DNA of 64,000 nt, taken from Octopus vulgaris (lineage: Eukaryota). The notes under the pieces are model-generated. The model searched no databases and was not told the origin of the DNA. It worked only from the letters and a program-made list of their open reading frames with translations. Below are positions 12,930-26,184 of this stretch, in pieces (the stretch's first letter is position 1; each line of letters opens with the position of its first letter). Both the position numbers and the translations under genes were made by a program. The stretch covers positions 41,354,001-41,418,000 of the forward strand of contig OX597833.1 of NCBI GenBank assembly GCA_951406725.2. Direction: 5' to 3'.

Positions 12930-13039
12930 TACACACACTTTCCTTGCCACTTTCACTCTTAATTAATTTGTCTGACTGTGTCACCCATCTCTCCTATCCC
13001 CCATCCCCCACTCTTCTCACTCTCTCTCTATCTCTATCC

Positions 13040-13125
<86 letters not shown>

Positions 13126-13141
13126 TTATCTATCTATCTAT
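12791..13141. repeat. (TC)n, (CA)n and (TCTA)n microsatellites
   Basis: Directly visible. Confidence 0.95.
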
Positions 13142-13599
13142 ATCTCCTTCCGTTTTCATTTCTTCCCAAAACTAGATCAATTCCTACAAAACATACCAAA
13201 ATATTTTTAATTATGTTTGTCTACAATGCATTTCATATTCTAGTCTTAGCTTCATGCTTAAAATCTCTGCCAGATGTAAGACTAAGTATAAAAATATATA
13301 CTATAAAATATTTGCACAATCTTTCCTTATACCCTCCTTATATTCTCTTCCCTTATTACAAAACGATCTCCTTCGCTCATTCTCGGTAGACTTTTTCATC
13401 TGAAATAATCAGACAAGGTCGGATTATTTCAGTTGCTCCTTCCTTTCTCCCCATCTTCTCTCTCTCGTCCAACACTTTCTCTCTAACTTTTAATCTCTTT
13501 TCTATCTTTATATGTTGTGCTTGATACAAATTACAGTCAACACCTACGTAGCAATTGATATAAATCACGTGGTATGATATGTATAATCATTTGAACTAT

Positions 13600-14187
13600 A
13601 GAGACAGGGCCTGAAATTTGGGGGAGGGGGATAGGCGATTACATCGATCCCCAGTGTTTCACTAGTACTTAATCTATCGATCCCGAAAGGATTATAGGCA
13701 AAGTCGACATCGGTTGAATTTGAACTCAGAACGTAGCGACGAGCGAAATACCACTGAGCATTCTTATTTCTTATTTCTTTATTGCCACAAGGGGCTAAAC
13801 ATAGAGGGAACAAACAAGGACAGACAAAGGGATCAAGTCGATTAGAGCGACCCCAGTACGTAACTTGTACTTAATTTATCGACTCCGAAAGGATGAAAGG
13901 CAAAGTCGACCTCAGCGGAATTTGAACTAAGAACGTAGCGGCAGACGAAATACCTATTCCTTTACTACCCACAAGGGGCTAAACACAGAGAGGACAAACA
14001 AGGACAGACAAACGGATTTAGTCGATTATATCGACCCCAGTGCGTAACTGGTACTTATTTAATCGATCCCGAAAGGATGAAAGGTAAAGTCGACCTCGGC
14101 GGAATTTGAACTCAGAACGTAGCGGCAGACGAAATACTGCTAAGCATTTTGCCCGGCATGCTAACGTTTCTGCCAGCTCGCCGCCTT
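13600..14187 (-). mobile_element. SINE family B tandem multimer
   Basis: Two near-identical body units plus an older related unit. Confidence 0.8.
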
Positions 14188-15272
14188 AATGACGGAACGA
14201 ACCACAAACTTCCACAGAGTCGGTGTTGACTCCTGGTGTTTCTAGCATTAACCAAACCAGAAACAACCACCTCAACACAGAGAAAGATATTCCAATTTAG
14301 ATAATTTTTTTCATGAAGATTTTTAAATGCTTAATCAACGCGCCCATGACTATTGCAGAGTCTTTGAAACTGATGGAGAAAGACAGAAATAGATTATGGA
14401 GAAAGACAGAAATAGATTATAATAAATGTGCAACGAGTTATTGAGTTATGCAAGTACAAGAGATTAAGGAAAGTAAGAAATAAACTATATAGGGGTTACT
14501 ATAGTAGGAAGCAGCGCAACAATGCATTAAGCTGTCCACAAATCGGAGACTAGATCCGAATGCTTGCGACTGAGTGGAATCTGGGGAAGTCAACCTTGGC
14601 CTAAAAGATATTGAATGAAGCCATGGGCGAGGTCTAAAATCCGAAGAACATGTACTGATCGCCCGATGGGCTTCGCTTACAATGCTTGATTTCACTCAAG
14701 TTTATGGTAGAAGTTACTTGTTCAAAGGTACTGCGCAGTTAAATTGAACCCGGAATCACATAATGGCAAAGAGAATTTCTTAACTACACGACCATACCTA
14801 CAGCCCCTAATCTACAGCTAAATATGCTGATGCAATGATAGAATTGAAAACATCCCACCATAGAAAGCCAGCTAAACGTGCATTGTATGTCATGAAAATG
14901 TAGTCAGCCTTTCCACTCAGCCTTTCCACTCAGTCTTTCTACTCGGTCTTTCCACTCGATATTTCCACACAGCCTTTAGAGTCTAAGCAAATACATTTTC
15001 GAGTATTTTCGAGTATTTCAATTCATATTTTTCGATGGAAACCTCAAAACCAGTTTTGAAACATCTTCAAAGAATGTATCTTTTCCAGGAATATCATTAA
15101 ACTACAGTGTTTACTCGTTATCCTAAAGATCCAAAATACTTGTGTTCCTTCCCACTCCCCTTAGAAAATGGTGATACTAATAAACCGCAGAAATCCTTTT
15201 GTTTTCTCTGTCAATTTCTAATTCTAATAGAATATTTAGTTAATCAGATTAAATCACGTTTTAATGTTTAGA

Positions 15273-15677
15273 CTAGCTATTTTGACCCGTGCTTCGCTCG
15301 GGTTTTGGTGATGGTGTTGTTTTGTTCGTGTTGTCTCCTTTTCCATTTCTTCTTTTGTTCGTCTTCTTTGCCTGGTTCTTTTTATTGCCCTCTTCTTTTT
15401 CTTTTTCTTATTTTTTCCTCGTCTTTATCTTCTTTTTCTTCTTTCTCTTCTTCCACTCTTTCTTTTCTCCTTTTCCCATGTTCCTTACCATAGCAACCAA
15501 ACGGTAGCCCCGAGCGACTTGCAACCCTCCTCACACCATTGCCCACCCCATTTTACCCCCCAGTGTAAAGTTTGGCGCCAATCCGACCCCATCTACCGCC
15601 CCTTAAACCGTTCCCATCTCAAAATTAGACAAATAACCAAGAAATCAAACAACTTTTTCGCATTTCAGCTTTATAGA
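15273..15677 (-). mobile_element. Non-autonomous Helitron
   Basis: On the minus strand it starts TCTATAAAGCTG and ends CCCGAGCGAAGCACGGG...CTAG. Confidence 0.65.
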
Positions 15678-15889
15678 TATTGATGATTAAAGCTAATGTA
15701 AGATCAAATAAGTGGTGAAAAATATTTTTTTTAAATGACAATATTAGTTGACAACAGCTACTGTTTATAACTCGCTCTAAGATTTATTATTGCTTGTTTA
15801 CACTTTTTCGATATCAGTGTTTGTACAATACTGGAAAAAGGATATGTATTTGTGAAGGGAACCTACTTTTCATCGACAACTGTGATTGT

Positions 15890-15934
15890 CACACGCCGAT
15901 GACGGGTCAATACCCAGAAACTCGAGTCCGTGTG
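15890..15934 (+). ncRNA. Minimal type-I hammerhead ribozyme motif (CCGA core variant)
   Basis: CACACG-CCGATGA-c-GGG tcaata CCC-a-GAAA-CTCGAG-TC-CGTGTG: 6-bp stem I, palindromic stem III, GUC site. Confidence 0.75.
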
Positions 15935-16439
15935 TATCATAAGTTGGAGACGGGAAGGATGGCTTCCCTTTGCAAATACTGATAGGGCACAGAAAGTGTG
16001 TCTATAGCCAGCCGGAGGAGGTGTCCTCCTGGGGCTACAAACTACAGTAGCATCCACCCTTAGGGGTTAGCCATATTTAAATGGCATATATACGTCATAA
16101 TAGTATTTTGTCGTTGACAAATAAGAGATACAGGAGAACGTTATGATAACGCACTTTGAAGTGCCTGATGGACGCTAACAAATTACTAAAACGTCACGTA
16201 GGCAAAAAAGAACTCAATATGACTGCACAATGATTAAAAAGTGAATATTCTATTTGTATTCTCTGTTTTCTGCAAACTAGTAATTATTTCTCCTATATCA
16301 AAAAGAATGAAGTCTCTATAGGATTTTCAGAAGTGGAAAGTACTAAGAGTGGTAAAACCAACCAACCAAAAACATTGCGTCTTGCAACTTTTTCAATAGC
16401 CGTTGACTCTGTTCGTTATCAGAGCTGCATTCTTTGTGT

Positions 16440-16487
16440 TTGTTTGTTTGTGTGCATGTGTGTGCATCAGCGTGCATGTGTATACAC

Positions 16488-16518
<31 letters not shown>

Positions 16519-16660
16519 TGTATGCATGTATGTATGTATGTATGTATGTATGTATCTATGTATGTATGCATGCATGCATGCATGTATGTATGTATGTATG
16601 CATGCATGCATGTATGTATGCATGTATGTATGTATGTATGTATGTATGTATGTATGTATG

Positions 16661-16694
<34 letters not shown>

Positions 16695-17040
16695 TGTATG
16701 TATGAGTGTGTGTATGCATGTATGTATGTGTGTGCATATATATGTTTGCGTGTGTATACGCTTGTATGCATGTATGTATTCTGCATATTTATGTGTTTGT
16801 GTGTTCATGTTTGCGTTTGTATGGGTGTGTTTGTATGTGTATGTGTGTGTGTATTTGTGTGTGCATGTTTGAGTGTGTGTGTATGGGTTTGTGTGACTAT
16901 GTACGTGCATCTGTATGGATGTGTGTCTCCATATATATCCTTGTGTATGTGTGCATATGTGAAGTGTGCGTGTGTGTATATGGTGATGTGTTTCAGTCTT
17001 CATTTGTGTGTGTGTGCATGCGTGTGTGCTTGTCTGTCCG

Positions 17041-17120
<80 letters not shown>
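16440..17120. repeat. (TATG)n/(TG)n/(TCTA)n microsatellite block
   Basis: Directly visible. Source of the spurious MYVC/HTYI ORFs. Confidence 0.95.
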
Positions 17121-17122
<2 letters not shown>

Positions 17123-17149
17123 TTGCCTAGTTGTTTACTTATATATCCA

Positions 17150-17372
17150 TTAACCACATGTGAATCGTTGGCGATTTTTTTCCTCCGTCTTCCTTCTCTA
17201 TTGGACTTTTCTCTGTCTTATGTTTCTGAAGAAGAGCTTTGTTCGATTCGTAAAACCACCTTTCTTTCCTTCCCTGAGTGTCTGCTAATACTTTACATGT
17301 ATCACGTCCTCACGCTGTTGTTTTTTTTTGTGTGTGTTTGTTCTTCGTTTTTTTTGGGGGGATGGATTAACT
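17150..17372 (+). mobile_element. Penelope-type pseudo-LTR repeat with degenerate hammerhead (17222-17256)
   Basis: GTTT-CTGAAGA-A-GAGC ttt GTTC-GATT(GAAA mutated)-CG-TA-AAAC. Homologous to 31010-31230 and 54857-54960. Confidence 0.7.
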
Positions 17373-17399
17373 ACACACACACTCACACACACCTTTACG

Positions 17400-17730
17400 T
17401 AACAGCCAACTAACAACTCTACCTGTGTATATATAAAATGTGGGTTTTGGGGTATGACTACCTTCTACGTATATTTCCTATGTAGTCCTGGGGATGTTTC
17501 ATTTATGAGGACGTACTTCTGTATTTGTCTGAGTGTTGGGTCCTTCGGATGCTTTGATAAAACGCGGATGTCAAGTTGACCCATTGCGCCTCAATGTTGG
17601 GCTTTGGCATGTTGGTAGAATATGGAGGATTGTTTTTGTTGCCGTCATATTGTCTGAAATGTTCATTTAGTCTCTCCGCAATGCTTCTAGATGTCTCGTC
17701 TATGTATACCATGTTCTTGAAAAGGTTGCA
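17400..17730 (-). mobile_element. Penelope-like GIY-YIG endonuclease remnant
   Basis: VYIDETSRSIAERLNEHFRQ and downstream VLINETSPGLHRK. Confidence 0.75.
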
Positions 17731-18086
17731 AGAAGCAACGAAAATTTTAGAAAAAATAAATAAGTAAATGAGTGGAAATCGAACCGGTGAGTGTGTTAAG
17801 TAATAAGGCACTAATAAGGCACATTTCGAATTATGAATACTACTAGATTCTAAATTAGGCCAGAGTACATTTCGTCCACTGGCCTTAAACGAAATTTAAG
17901 GAATAAGTTCCAATGATAGATGTATGTATACCATTAAGAGTCACTAAGTCAAATATAATTTAGGAATATAAGATATGCTGAATTTGCTTGTAAACCAGGA
18001 TATTGTACGCAATATGTTAGAATATTTACTCCTGCATCATGTTTCAGAAGATTCGGATGAAAGGGTGGTACAAACGATTCAAGCTA

Positions 18087-18498
<412 letters not shown>

Positions 18499-18499
18499 T

Positions 18500-19040
18500 T
18501 TTGCTACAACATCCTTCATTAGCAATTCCTCGCTCAAAATTCGTTGGCAGGAGCTTCAGAATACAACAGTCATATCAACAAGTTTATCAACTATTCGGTC
18601 CTCCAAGATCAGTTTATGAATTTTCATGATGTTTTCATCCATTCGGAAGGTCGACGGTCGCCCTGAGCGAAGTTGGTCTTCAAGCGACAAGTGACCATTC
18701 CTAAAACGTGGAAACCACTCGTAAACTTGTGTTTTGCTTATGGCAGCGTACTTGTAAGCTGTTTCAAGCATGACAACTGTTTCGGCCGCCCTTTTCCCCA
18801 GCAGAAAATAGAATTTCACGGAAGCACGCTGTTCTTTCGTTTCAGCCATCGCAAACATCGACGAACAAGGGAGAAGCACTGCAAAGCAAAGGCGCATCAC
18901 ATGGCAGTATGACTTCAACGGAGGACGCCTGTCGGCAGACTGATGCCTGAGGGTTGCATCAAGTAGCTTCTAGCGGCAGAAGACCGAACTACAATGTGCT
19001 TGTCCCACATGTTTCCGGATACTTATGGGTACCTCCCACG
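18500..19040 (-). mobile_element. Mariner 5' half (HTH region)
   Basis: MAETKEQRASVKFYFLLGKRAAETVVMLETAY...VYEWFPRFRNG...RSGRPST. Confidence 0.85.
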
Positions 19041-19754
19041 TGTTTGTGTGTGTACCTTAGACCATCAACTCGAGGAAGAGTTGTAGGGCTTAAGACGTCG
19101 CATACGGCGTATCTTGTGCATTTTCAGACCTGACCAACTCCATCCCCCACTTGGTCAGATCACACCCTATTTATTTCAGAAAGGGAGACTCAAAAGAAAA
19201 GTAGAAGGAGAGAAAGAGGAGAAGCGACACCAATATAATTATGGTATCAAATTTATGAACCCCGAACAGATGAAAGCCAACACTGACCTCGGTGCGATGT
19301 GAACTCAGAAAGCAGAGACGTCAAGATTACCAACGATTACGGCTAGGCAATCTATCCGACTGTTAGGAGAGATAAAGATTCCAATCTTGTAATAATAGAT
19401 ACAAATGACCTGCTTCTTTTTCCTTTTCTTCTTGACAACATTTAAAATTTTATCTCCACCCATTCTGATTAATGCTAAATGTTTCTTATTTAAGCGAGAC
19501 GGCCGATTATTTTCTGCACTGTTTTTATAAACGGTTCTGATGAAACAATTCCCTCAGCTACTAAGTAATTTACATTGCGTAGCATGCATGACAGGATCAT
19601 GGTTGGCATACATGTCTATAAATACAATATTTAAATAGCCACCATGGAGTTAGTAAAAGAATTGTCAATAATGAAATAAAAATATCAAACACCAACCTTC
19701 AATGTGTGTGTTTGTGTGTGTGTGTTACTTGTATCAGTCATTAGACTGCAGTTA

Positions 19755-20266
19755 CCGTAAATCCTCGAGTATAATCCACATTTTTTCCCCAAAATTTAAA
19801 GGTCAAAATCCCTAGTGTGTACTATACATGAGGTTAGAAATGGAAATTATTTTCTAAGCAATGTCCGAGTCGCTATTTGCAGTCCTGCAATGTTTATTCA
19901 GACGCATTTTGTGATGTCAGGCACGAAAATACCTTAAGCTAAGCCTGAAAGCAATGAAGTCATAAAAGAATCATCCATAACTTGCAGTTAGCAACATTTA
20001 TTAAACATTATTACTGTTATTTCTTTATTTTCTGCAAACAAAATGCACAAAAAAGCTACACATTTGCATTATGTTATATATACAATAATAATAAAGGACG
20101 TTACCGTATACATTTTTACAAACCAAGGACGTTATATAGACCTCCTTGACTCAAGTTAGAGAAGGGGTGCGTATTATACACAGGGTTTAGGTTTTTCAGA
20201 GGTACAGCCCCCTAAAAATCCCCTGCGTATTTTAGTCAAGGGCGGACTATACTCGAGGGTTTACGG
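19755..20266. mobile_element. Tc1/pogo-type MITE inserted into a SINE
   Basis: TIRs CCGTAAATCCTCGAGTATA / TATACTCGAGGGTTTACGG with TA on both sides. Confidence 0.85.
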
Positions 20267-21021
20267 TATGCTGGAATATCGCCTTGAAGAATTTTAGTCG
20301 ACTGAATCGACCCCAGTACATTTTTAAAGCCTGGTGCTTATTCTATCGGGTCTCTATTGCCGAACCGCTAGTTTACAGGAACATAAAAATACCAACACCG
20401 GTTGTCAAGCGATGTTGGGACGGACGGGGACACACACACACACACACACACATACACATTACAAAGCCCCATTAGGGGTTAAATAAGAATGCAAACACAT
20501 TCTTTCAGTGCTATTGGTGTGCAGCAAAAGAGAAGAGAAAGTATCCTAAAGGAATGCGTCACGATTTGTAAACCACTCCTCAGAGAAAAGCGAATCCGGC
20601 TTCCTTCCAAAATCAATATCATAATTCAGTTTCTATACAAAACAGTCATGAATTAAGCTAGAGTCGTTTTGGTTAGACTAATTTGCATATTTACTGCTTT
20701 CAACTGCTCGTCATTAATTAATATTTAGGCACAACGCAGCGTAAGTCAAAACTGAAATAAATTTAGATATTACAAAGCCTCACTGTGAGTTAAATGAGAA
20801 TGTAAACATATTCTTTCTATGCTATTGATGTAAAAGCAGGAAAAATGAGGGAGTTTCCTTGCAGACTATTCCATGGTTTGTTGAACGATTGTCTGAGAAA
20901 ACTTTATGTAGCAAACTGGCCTATGATTAATGAAGGAAGGTGAGTAGTACGAAATTAATGTTAACTGTGGATGCAAAGCAGCTTCTTTAAGGAGTGCATA
21001 CATACCCACTTATGTTAGTTT

Positions 21022-21057
<36 letters not shown>

Positions 21058-21062
<5 letters not shown>

Positions 21063-21990
21063 CGGTTGAACAAATTACTGAAAACATCACTATTTAGCTA
21101 TTTTTCAATTATCAATGAGAATTTCAAAACAGTTCTTATCTCTGTGTGTGTGTTCATGTGCATTATGTATGCCTTGTATTTCACAATATAACCATCTGTA
21201 ATTTTCCATTTTTTTTTTGTAGCTATTTATATTTAGATAAATTAAAATGCGTGACCTACTGGCTTTCCAAAGAGTACAAATTGTTAGAGCGAGCATGCTT
21301 GCAGCTTACATCACTACAACTACTGATTTTTTTTTTTTTTTTATGTTTCTAGAGATGTAATCTCTAAAATCATGTTGACATCCCTAAACCAAAGTGAAAT
21401 CAGCTCTTGAAATCATAACTCTGGACGAAAGACAAAGCTCACAGAGAGGAACTGCAGAATAGCAAAACGTATTGCAACTAGAAATCATTCGAGCAAAAGT
21501 AACAACAGACCTAAGCCACCGCATTGCTATCTCTTTATCAACCAAACCGTTCGTCGCGAGGTCCGTAAAGCCGCCACCACCTTGCTAACTCTTTATCAAC
21601 CAAAACCGCTCGTCATGAGGTCCGTAAAGCCACCACCTTTCTAACTCTTTATCAACCAAAACCGTTCGTCATGAGGTTCGTAAAGCAATTGCTGAACTTC
21701 ACCTGTTCCCCATCAACATAAAAACTTGTGTCTGGATTATCGGTTTATGGCTCAACGGCATAATGTCATCTTTAGTGAATTATCTGGTGAATTATCCATC
21801 GTCTCTGAAAGAGCTAAAGCAGATTTTACTTGAGGAACGCCCGAAATTTCCCTAACAACTGTTTGTAACCTGTACGGGTCAATTCCTCGATCTATTAAAG
21901 CTGTGACTGATTTAAAACATAGACTAATTCCTTATTAAAAATTATAAATTCCATTTAACAAGGAGTTTTCATTATTTTGACCAATCCCTG
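21058..21990 (+). mobile_element. Internally deleted Tc1-like transposon with an internal ~60-bp minisatellite
   Basis: Degenerate TIRs (CAGAGCGGTTGAACAAA / TTTTGACCAATCCCTG). Peptides GRKTKLTER, STKTVRREVRKA and LKELKQILLEE...NLYGSIPRSIKAV. Confidence 0.75.
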
Positions 21991-22289
21991 TATGTACGTA
22001 CGTATGCTTGTATGTATATTTGTGTGTGTATGTATGTATGTATGTATGTAGGTAGGTAGGTATGTAGGTAGGTAGGTAGGTAGGTAGGTGGGTAGGTGGG
22101 TAAGTAGGTAGGTAGGTAGCTGTGTGTGTGTATGTAGGTACGTAGCTGTGTGTGTGTATGTAGGTACGTAGCTGTGTGTGTATGCATGTATGTATTTATG
22201 CACATAATTGTTAGATAAATCAACTTAGTAAGAATTTCATATTACTAAACTATTAATAGATTTATAATAGGCGGATATTTCAAACATAC

Positions 22290-22383
22290 TTAGAGACAAT
22301 ATATAAATACATAGCGAAGGACGTCTCCAAACGTTCAAAAAGCACGTCCCCAGGAGAAAACAGAAAAATGCCATTAGTAACGA
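22290..22383 (-). CDS. Candidate exon of unidentified minus-strand gene
   Basis: ATTTCCACAAACAG acceptor and GTATGT donor. Open in phase 1: (I)VTNGIFLFSPGDVLFERLETSFAMYLYIVS. Phase-compatible with 26057-26184. Confidence 0.4.
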
Positions 22384-23137
22384 CTGTTTGTGGAAATGAC
22401 AATAAATTAGACAAATAAACAAATAATAAGCAAAGTGGAAAGAGAGAAAGAGAGATACAGACAGACAGAGACAGAGACAAACAGATAGAAACAGAGAGAA
22501 AGAGAGAATGAAAGAGAAGAAAAACAAAGTTAATATGAGAGTGAGACAATACCCACGAGTTCAAAATTCAAAAGCAACAGTACAATAAGACGCATAGGTC
22601 CAAAGCAATTGCAGCACAGTAGACTTATTTAGACTTTCAAACACACACAAACTATTAACTCAACACAACCAGTTTATGTAGTAGTGTCAGAGAGTGCGAT
22701 GAAAATTTCGACACTACGTAATAAAGGATTTACGATTTTCAAATTACCCCCACTGACCACTGACCAACCTATATCTTAATTCTTTTTCTTTTTTCTTTTC
22801 CTTATTCTCTTTATTCATACCTTCGGGGGTTTTATTCATTTTTTTTTTTTACTAATCTTTTTTCTTCTTTCGCTTTAATTCTTTCTTTCTCTCCTCTTTT
22901 TATCTCTCCTTTTTTTTTTTCATTCCTCTCTTCCAGTTTTCAATTTGGCCAAACTAATACACTCCCTATTTCTAGGTCAGTTTAAACACAAACCTCGAAT
23001 CTGCTACATTCTATATAAATTCTCTACTGGGAAGGACCAACTTTAAGAGAATCTTACATCTATTTTCTTTCCGCCACCTCACTCTCTATTTTATATCACA
23101 TCTAAACTAACTATTACTTAACTTTTCCTCTCACACC

Positions 23138-23188
23138 GTCTCCGATGAAGGGATATTATTAATAAATATCCTAGAAACAGCTGTAAGA
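23138..23188 (+). ncRNA. Minimal hammerhead motif in a probable Penelope-type repeat (~22560-23260)
   Basis: TCT-CCGATGA-ag-GGATATT..AATATCC-ta-GAAA-CAGCTG-TA-AGA. Confidence 0.65.
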
Positions 23189-25257
23189 GCTTCTATCTAT
23201 ACGTGCTCTAATATCTATACAGCCTTGGGTTTTTTTAGCTCATTACACAAAAAATTCATATATACGCGCGCTGATATAGAACCAACGTTGAACCCTTTAT
23301 TCGCAATATTACCGAATCTGGAACGTAACTATTGTCTGTCTATAGCACTTATTCAGCATTACCTGACACCTGTGGGTTTCAATGACACCATTATCTCTTA
23401 TAACCTATACATATATATATATATATATATATACGACGGGCTTCATTCAGTTTCCGTCTTCCAAATCTACTCACAAGGCTTTGGTCGGCCCAAGGCTATA
23501 GTAGAAGACATCTGCCCAAGGTGCCACGTAGTGGGACTGAACCCGGAACCATGTGGTTCGTAAGCAAGCTACTTACGACACAGCTTCTCCTACGCCTATC
23601 TACTTTACATATGAAGTAAAGAAAAGTTAAGTTCCTTCCTGTTGTGAGAGGATCCCCCCACCACCACCACCACCAAGTGGTTAAAAGTGGACTGACTCTG
23701 TTATAAATTAAAGAATTGTGAACGATTGACAGTTTGGGTTGGCAGACAGTTCACTGTGAACCGTGAGTGAGAGCGTTGAGTATCGTGTAATAGTAATATT
23801 TGTGCGGCGTGTATATATTTTCTTCCCCACCCCGTTATATCATATATCCAACGTACAAGGATATAAAACTTCTCAAGTAATATAGACTCGTTGGGCCGGT
23901 TTCCCGGTTTCCACGGTGTATAAATTCCCTACGTGGTCAGGACACCAATCCGTCGTAGGATTACGCATTTTATTGTCAGCTGAGTGAATTGGAGCAACGT
24001 GAAATGAAGTGTTTTGCTCAAGACCACAACACGGTTCAGGAATCGAAACCACAATCTTACGATCCTAACACCCCTAACCACTAAGCCACGTGCCTCCACA
24101 GTTTATGTATTAAACTAATGCTTAAAGTCGAACGTCTATGAATTCCTTGCACCAAGGAAGCAATATATCTGGAGTGTAAAATATATATAGGCGGCAAGCT
24201 GGCAGAATCGTTAGCACGTCGGGCAAACTTCTTAGCGATATTTCGTCTGCCGCTACGTTCTGAGTTCAAATTCCGCCGAGGTAGACTTTGCCTTTCGGGC
24301 TCGATTAAATAAGTACCAGTTACGCACTGGGGTCGATATAATCAACTTAATCCGTTTGTCTGTCCTTGTTTGTCCTCTCTGTGTTTAGCCCCTTGTGGGT
24401 AGTAAAGAAATAGGAAGCAATATATCTGGAGAAGCTTGTAACGTAATACTTATTTTTTTCGTTAATTTTCATGTGAAGTAAAATGCGTGCTGAGAGATTT
24501 TTCGAAAGAGAAAAACAAATAACGCGACTACTTTTATGCATGAAAATAGTAAGTTGCAAGCATACACAGTAGGGTAGCCAGGAGTAAAGAGCCCACCTGG
24601 GGTAAAATGTCTACCCTGCTTTACGTGAAGGTACATGAACTAATCATCAGTATGCTGCCACCATTTGACGGGATAGCTACTGCGCATGTCCGACACGCGT
24701 TCTGGAGAGAACAAAGCCCGTTCGTGTAAGTTTATAGCTAAATTTTACTTCTTTTTTTTTTCTTTATTTTTCTACTCTAGGCACAAGGCCCGTAATTTTG
24801 GGGGAAGGGGCCAGTTGATTACATCGACCAAAAAACCGTTCGTCGCGAGGTCCGTAAAGCCACCACCTTGCTAACTCTTTATCAACTAAAACCGTTCGTC
24901 GTGAGGTCCGCAAAGCCACCACCTTGCGTACTGGTACGCAACTGGTACTTAATTATCGACCCTGGCAGAAACGTTAGCACGCTTAGCGGTATTTCGTCTG
25001 CCGTTACGTTGTGAGTTCAAATTCCGCCGAGGTTGACTTTGCCTTTCATCCTTTCGGGGTCGATAAATTAAGTACCAGTCACGCACTGGGGTCGATGTAA
25101 TCGACTTAATCCGTTTGTTTGTCCTTGTTTGTCCCCTCTGTGTTTAGCCCCTTGTGGGTAGTAAAGAAATAGGTACTTAATTTATCGACCCCGAAAGGAT
25201 GAAAAGCAAAGTCGGCCTGGGCGGAATTTGAACTCAGAACGTAAAGACAGCTAAATT

Positions 25258-25447
25258 TTACTTTTTGCTCGATTTCTTGTAAAGTTTAAGATTCTATTTT
25301 GAATCATTGTACAAACTACAGAATTTTCTCAAGAAAGCCAAGAGAAAAAGATGTTTTATAAATACATTCTACCAGTATACGAAGTTTAAATTTTTTTAGT
25401 TACATGGAAATTATTTTAAAAATCTGCCGGTCAAAGCGAAAAGATCC
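25258..25447. mobile_element. Partial GGATC-ended MITE (one end only)
   Basis: Ends CGGTCAAAGCGAAAAGATCC. Homologous to 36770-37183. Confidence 0.7.
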
Positions 25448-26056
25448 AAATATTCTGCTCAACACCACAGAATTTGCTTGTCAGTTGCTTACCATAACCA
25501 CTTGAGCATCTCCCTTAGTGGCTGACAATATGTGCATCTCTGACCATGAGCAGGAGTAGTGGGGGATCATCATAGCCATGTGTTGAGAGGGATTCTTCGG
25601 GGTCTGAATAAATGTAACAAAGGCAAACGTTTTACATACTTTCCAGGTATAAGCAAATAGGAAATAATTGCTACTCAAGGACAAAAATCGTATAACACAC
25701 TTTTATCAACCAATTAGGTACAAATATATTCAACAGAATTTTTCGCTGTTTTTCTTTCTTCTTTTTTTTTCCTTTTTATTTTTATATATTCTTTTCGCTT
25801 CTGAACTGTGATATGAAGTTTGTCGTTAATTCAACAGTATTGAAATGTTTTAACTTTTCATACTTTCGGGGTCGATAAAATAAGTACCAGTTGAACACTG
25901 GGGTCGATTTTATCACCTATCCGCCTCCCCAAAATCGATGGCCCTGTACCAAAATTATAATAATATATATATACTTGTTATAACTTTGACAAGCACAAAC
26001 TTACACTTATTTAGTCATTGAAAAGGATGAATTTCTCACTTGTTCAAATTACATAC

Positions 26057-26184
26057 TCCATCCCTTGATAAAACAGTCTTCTGGTATATATTTCTTCGGT
26101 TGTTTACACGTCCGCTTGATGTGAAATTCAAATTTATATCCATTTTTTTCATCTTTTTCTTTCAACGTTAATAGCATATATATC
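26057..26184 (-). CDS. Candidate exon of unidentified minus-strand gene
   Basis: TTTCAG acceptor and GTATGT donor. Single open frame IYMLLTLKEKDEKNGYKFEFHIKRTCKQPKKYIPEDCFIKGW. Confidence 0.45.

Noticed and set aside
14905-14977. 14-bp tandem repeat CAGCCTTTCCACT(C) x5
   Set aside because: Ordinary short degenerate minisatellite.
16333-17413. Long ORFs (179-239 aa) with MYVC/HTYI repeats, and similar ORFs at 50934-51743 and 58258-59709
   Set aside because: Translations of (TATG)n, (TG)n and (TCTA)n microsatellites, not genes.
21512-21687. Regularly spaced repeats resembling a CRISPR array, also 54395-55620
   Set aside because: Contiguous tandem units without unique spacers, no cas genes, eukaryotic context.
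22290-26184. TNF/C1q-like identity for the joined exon peptide (NGIFLFSPGDVL)
   Set aside because: Resemblance is limited to a few residues and cannot be supported without a profile search.
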